From: Piromyces finnis finn
Lineage: Eukaryota; Fungi; Neocallimastigomycota
Assembly: GCA_002104945.1 (NCBI GenBank)
Contig: MCFH01000002.1
Location: 1,798,001 to 1,862,000, forward strand
Length of the DNA stretch: 64,000 nt
Direction of reading: 5' to 3'
Every line of letters starts with the position of its first letter. Within the stretch, counting starts at the first letter, position 1. Below the pieces are notes generated by a model, which was not told where the DNA came from, did not search any database, and was given only the letters and a program-made list of their open reading frames with translations. Shown here piece by piece: positions 57,859 to 64,000 of this stretch. The position numbers and the translations under genes are program-made.

Positions 57859-58455
57859 CTTGAATATTAAAGCTAAAATTGAAGAGAGGTTGTAAAAGAT
57901 ACAAAGCAACGTTACTTTTCTTTTTTTACAACTTCAAATCCTCCAATCATATAAAATTAATATAATATTTGTATTAATAATCGACTCTAATATATGTTAA
58001 TGTATATTAAAAATTTTGTACTACAATTTTTTAAAATAACAAAAGGATTAGATTATTTATTTATATATTATTAATATTTAATTTATTTTGAATTTTAGTA
58101 TTTAAAAATTAAAATTTATCTAATGGACATTTAACAACTTGCTTTTTTTTTTTTTGAATAATTCTTAAAATCGTTTAATATTATTTATTAATACTGTATA
58201 TTTCTACTTCTATTTTCATTTGTATATTTTGACTATAATATGTTTCTGTCCATGTTATTAATTTATTCTTTTTTATTATAATTTGGATTTAATAAAATTT
58301 AAATGCATCAAATTTTAAAAATTGATTTAATATATTAAATTTATATTAAATATGTATATATTATTTAATAACTAATAATATAATTAATAATATTAAAAAT
58401 TAAAATTTTGACTTTTTTAACATTCGCTATTTTAATTTAAAATAAGATTGTGCTT

Positions 58456-58499
<44 letters not shown>

Positions 58500-59040
58500 T
58501 ATATTTTTTTATTTTTTATTTTAAATAAAATACCCTTTAATTTAACTTAGGATCATTTAAAACTAAAATATTTTATGTTCGTAACTCTTTACATTATTCA
58601 TAAAAAACCTCATTAATTAAAATCTATAAAATTACGTTATTATTATTTTCTTTTTTTCTTTTTTTTTTTTTGATACCAAAAAATAGTTGAAATATTCATT
58701 ATATATTATAATATATTTTATGCTATTTTTGTACATTATATTTATATACCATAAGTCAATAAAATTTAATTCTATTAATAATCATAATAAATGGATATCA
58801 AAAAAGTCTTTGGAATAAAAAGATCTAATAGTATTGATTATAATGATCATAATTGTAATAACTATAAACGACAGAAATTTAATAATGAAATTTCGTAAGT
58901 ATTTAATATATCATAAGCTATCTGTTAAATATAATATTTTCCCTTTCTCTTCTTTTTTTTAACATTATAAATTCTAACTATTTATTATTAAATTAATTAA
59001 AAATATTACTGATTATTAAAGCCAATATCAAGTATATAAA

Positions 59041-59457
59041 ATGAAATGCTCTATTGTACATCCTGATTCATATAATTTATATAACAATGTTTCCGATATT
59101 ACCAATTACTTTAATAATAACAACTATAATTATCATTATTTTAAGAAAAATAGTGATCAAATTTTAAACAATTGTATAGATAATAAACAAGTAGTATTAC
59201 CAGAAACTAGTAATAACTATATAGACAATGAATTTTCAAATTATAGTTCAGAATATGAACAGATCAATATAACATTAAAGAATTTACATGAGCATAGTCA
59301 AACATACAAGAATAATCAAAATACTGATATAGTTAATAATAATGGTAATGATAATAGTAATTCAATTTATACAGATTTCTATGTTAAAATTAATTCACAT
59401 TTAAAAAATATACACATAACGAATATAAAACAACATGGAAAAGAATATCTAGAATAA
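59041..59457 (+). CDS. Asn-rich hypothetical ORF or exon of a decayed gene
   Basis: 138-aa ORF in very AT-rich DNA with an AG acceptor shortly upstream. A possible upstream exon at about 58790-58895 has no in-frame ATG. No domain recognised. Confidence 0.3.
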   Translation: MKCSIVHPDSYNLYNNVSDITNYFNNNNYNYHYFKKNSDQILNNCIDNKQVVLPETSNNYIDNEFSNYSSEYEQINITLKNLHEHSQTYKNNQNTDIVNNNGNDNSNSIYTDFYVKINSHLKNIHITNIKQHGKEYLE

Positions 59458-61250
59458 TGTTAATATACATTTATTTTTTTAATATAAAATTTTATTTCGA
59501 AAATATAATTTATTGGAATATGGATTTAATTTCATGTAATAAAGAAATTTCAATTTTAAATGTTAGACGAGGGAGAAGAAAAAAAAGAGAATATAAACAG
59601 CATTAATGAAATAAACAATATATTTATTTTATATTTATTCCTTTTTTATTTTAGAAATAATTTAAAAACAAAATGTTACAAAAAGACAAAACCAAAATGA
59701 AATATATAAATATATATAAATATAATAGATTAATATTTAAAAATATAAAAATGTCTATATATGTATTTTATGTATAATATAATATATTTGATTATTATAT
59801 TATTATTACTAATCCAATCCTATATATAAGGTACTTTATGATCTTTATGATTATGAAGCGGTCTTTTAATTTTAGTTTTATTCATTGGATGTGAATAAAA
59901 TCTTATTAAAGAATACTTTATACCTTATAGAAACAAACCATTATTATCAATCTTAGAAGCACAATACATTTTTTGTAGATAATTTAGAATAATATGTATT
60001 ATTAAAGAATTAATAATTTCTTTCAACTTAGATATTATTATTGACTATCATATTATCATTACCATCGTTATTAATTATCTTATGATATTATAAATAATAT
60101 TGGCTATCTATTATACCTATTATACCTTTATTTATGCAAAATGCATGAAATATTTAATAAATATATCAAGTTAAAATAAATGAAATCATGAATTATAATT
60201 TATATTTAATAAATTTAAATGATTTTTATTTTAAAGTGTTTTATATTTTCTTCTTATTTAAAAATATTTTATTAATACTAAAAAATGACACATTTATTAT
60301 TATTATCATGATTATTGTAGAATTATAATAGTTAATATTTATTAACAAAAATTAATTAGTTTTTCTTTTCTTCTTCTTCTTATTATTTATTATTTTTCTC
60401 TTTTTTATTAATAAATAAGGTCAATTTCCCAATTTTTACTTTGAATTGAAAAATTAATGAATAAACTTTACAAAATAATAATAATATAATATAGTATAAT
60501 AAATAAAATATTATAAAAAAATAATATAATTAAATTCTAAAATTAGATAGTATTAATTGTTATTATATTAGCATTTTTATTTTTATTTTTTTTTTTTTTT
60601 TTTTTCTTTTTTTCATACATATAGAAATAATATAAACAAAGTTATAAAAATGTAATATTTTATAATTATTCCAAAATATTAATTTATACTAAAAAAAATA
60701 GAACAACAATTATATATTATTAATAATAAAGTTTATAAATTTCTTGATAATTATTACTTTGAATGTAAGATAAAAAGATTGCACATTTTTTTATAATTAA
60801 AAAAGATATCATGATATTTACTTGAATATTATTATTTATTAATATTTAAAATTTATAAATAATATGAAATAACGAATGTTCATTCTTGTTATTAGTTTAT
60901 TTTATTTTTATACTTTTTTTTTTCTTTTTTTTTTTTTCAATTTTTTTCTTATATTTTAATAATAGTATAATTGATATTTATTCTTTTCGAGGAATACTTT
61001 ATTATCATGTATACCTTAAAGTAGATTTTTCAATAATTAAATTAGTAGTAATGAAATAAAAATCAAATATTAATAAAATATTAGTCATTCAAGATATTGA
61101 AAAAAATACTTTTTATCATATGATATATACAATATTTCTTATTAAAGAATTAAACCATTATATAATTTCTACTATATAAAATAATTTAATTTAAAAGGAA
61201 ATAATAATAATTATAATAATAATAATAAACTACATAAAATATTTATAAAA

Positions 61251-64000
61251 ATGGCTACAGATAATGAAAAAAGCGATAAAACGATTGAAATTTTAACACA
61301 AAAACTTAAAGAATCTGAAGAAAAAAATAACGAATTAACAAATAAAATAAGTGAATTAAATGCATTTATTCAGAAACAAAATATATATATTAAGAAATTA
61401 AAAGATGAGATAAATGAAAAAGATTTGATATTACAACAACAAAGAAATGGTGAAGATAAAGGACAAAGTTTCTCTAAATCACGTAAAGCATCATTAAATA
61501 TAAAAATTCCAAGTCAAGGACAGGGAAAAATTTCATACAAATATTCAAAAATTTCAAGTCCTATTACAGATGGCGGTTCATTTTCATCATTTTCACAGTT
61601 AAGTCCAATTATTCATGTCGAACATATGAGACATTCTTCAACCGAAGAAAATATATCTAATATTGAGCCAATGAGAAAGCAAAGTTATACAAATAGATTA
61701 ATAAAGGAATCTAAATTTTCGGCTTCAGAAAGCAATATTGTATATAATCCAAATATTAGCATAGAATCATTAAGTAAACCTAATGGAAAATTAATAATAC
61801 CTAACGATGATGGTAATGTTAATAATTCATCTAACGATTTCGAAGATAAGGAAATTCTATCAGATGAAATTACGGTTTATATTCCAAAGATGCAATTTAA
61901 AAAAGATAAAAATAAAAGAGATGTTTCATTTATTATTAGTATCAGAAATGCTGATAGTGGTGATGAGTTATGGAAAATTGAAAAAAGTTATACAGATATT
62001 ATTAATTTAGAAAATAATGTATGAATAATATACTTATTTTTAATATAAATTGAAATTAACCTATATTATTTTTTTTTAAATATGAAATAAATATTTTATC
62101 TTTTTTTTTTTTTCTATTTTGATAAAGATACGATTAAATTATCCAAAAGATGTTGTTCAAAATATTGGTAAACTACCTGAACGTAATATGAGTAGTTTAA
62201 GAATAGAATCAAAGCAAATTCAGTTAAAGGTAAAAAATAGAAATTATAATTTATCAATATAATAAAAAAAAAATATCTAAAGATATTTTTGTTTTATTTA
62301 TTTAATACTCATTTATATTAATAATAATTTCATAGATTGCTATGGAAATATATTTACAGCATATATATAATTTATTTAGAAATAGTGAAGAACTTGCTGA
62401 ATTTTTATCTAAAGATATTATAATTTCAAATAATGTTGATATTTGTGATTTAGTATGAATTAAATAAATTAATATATTATATAATAATATATTATATGAT
62501 ATAGTTAAAATACTGAAATTAAATTACTATTTTCTTTTTCTTAAATTAATACCGATTTTTAAATATTTATAATAATAAATAGAAAAATTCAAATATAAAA
62601 TGTGGTTATTTATTTAAAAAGAATAACTTCATGGGATGGAGAACAAAATACTTTATTCTTAGTGATAAATATTTATCATTTTATGAAAGTGTATGTATAA
62701 ATTTTTTTATATAAAAAAAAATATTCTTCTGAAAAAGAAAACTATACTTATTTATTATTTAATATGATAAATAATATAAAAATGCACTTCAATAGAAAGA
62801 TGGCGAACTTTGTGATAATATACAATTAAAGAATGCTAAAGTAATGTCATTTAATCCTACCGGATTAAATAGAGAAAAGTTTCATCATGCATTTAAAATT
62901 ATAGAATATAGAGATGACAAAATATTTGCAAAACATTTATTATGTTCAGAAAATGATGCAGATAGAGATGAATGGGTAGAAAAAATAAATGCTACAATAA
63001 GCAGGTTGAAAAATAACGAGGAATATGCAAATTCACCAAGCACATCTAGTAATAATATAAATACACCGATTTTATATAATAACAAAAGTTTTGGTTGTGA
63101 TAGTAATTGTAATGAATCTGCAAATAATAGTGATTTGGAAGAATACAAGAAAGACAATAAAAAGGAAAGGATTTTATCAAGTAATGAATCTGTTGTTAAT
63201 GGAACATTTGATGATAATATTAATGAAGAAAGTAATACTTGTAGAAAAAATAGCAATGTTGAAAGAAGTAATGAAAATGATGAAGCATATGATAATAGCA
63301 AAAACAATGATGATGATAATGAAACAGAAGAAAAAGAGAACGACGAGTCGAAATCATTACAAAATAATAATAATGGTTGGGATTCAGATAGTGAAGAAGA
63401 GAATGTTAATATGATCACTGAGTATGATGAAAATAACTATTTCCCACAAGGATTCAATTTTGATGATTTTGAGAAACAAGGTTTAGATATAAATGAATAT
63501 ATTAAAGCAAATAATTCAAAAATAAAATTAAATTCAAGCGAGGATTGCAATATCAATAATGAGAAGCATCAAAATGAAAATGCTGAAAATGAAAAAGAAG
63601 TAATAAATGAGGATGAGAGAGAGGATAAGAATGAGAATGAGAATGAGAATGAAAATGAAAATGAAAATGAAAATGAATGTAATGAAGAAAAAGAAGAGAA
63701 TTTGAATACAAATGAAACTGAAAATAAAAATAAGGAAGAAGAAATAACAGTTAAAAGTTATAATGAAAATGATAATATCATTAAAGAAATGGAAGAAAAC
63801 AGTGAAGAAAAAGAATACGTTATAAGAGAGGAAATAACTGAAGAAAAGGAAATAAATAAAATTGAAACCAATAATAATGATTTAGAAAATAATGATTTAG
63901 GAAATAAATCATTAAATATCGATAAAGGAGAAGAAACAAAAAAAAATAGATTAATTGATGACAATGAAAGAGTTATGCAACAAATGATTCCTCCACCATT
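61251..64000 (+). CDS. Coiled-coil + PX + PH protein (Bem3-like RhoGAP architecture), 3'-partial
   Basis: PX-like FIISIR..WKIEKSYTDIINLE..KLPE..AMEIYLQ..ELAEFL. PH KCGYLFKKNNFMGWRTKYFIL..HAFKIIE..LLCSENDADRDEWVEKI. Followed by an acidic/Asn-Glu repeat linker. A GAP domain would lie beyond the window. Confidence 0.7.

Overview
Extremely AT-rich, intron-rich eukaryotic DNA, most consistent with an anaerobic gut fungus (Neocallimastigomycota). This is inferred from base composition, short AT-rich GT-AG introns, fungal-type genes such as MDM34 and a Cys-rich secreted family. About 20 protein-coding loci can be read: a Sec7/PH protein (5'-partial), EDC4, a Cys-rich secreted pseudogene, a TPR-MYND protein, ACSF3-like malonyl-CoA synthetase, a bacterial-type UPF0173 metallo-beta-lactamase-fold hydrolase, RPS24, a RasGEF, NSE4, PPCDC, PAC4, MET22, a FoP/CHTOP-like protein, a GCFC/NTR2-like protein, MDM34, ubiquitin-L40, RPL11 and a PX-PH (Bem3-like) protein (3'-partial). 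No tRNA, rRNA or CRISPR array was recognised. The most striking structure is a three-layer nest of LINE retro-insertions at 23.5-26.2 kb: the two inner layers each have their own target-site duplication and poly(A) tail, one carries a 3' transduction, and both inserted at GAT|AT. Other highlights are a ubiquitin-L40 gene divergent in both moieties, a Sec7 domain lacking the catalytic Glu inside an apparently split PH domain, and a probable horizontally acquired hydrolase with 6 introns. All exon structures were assembled by eye and no database search was run.
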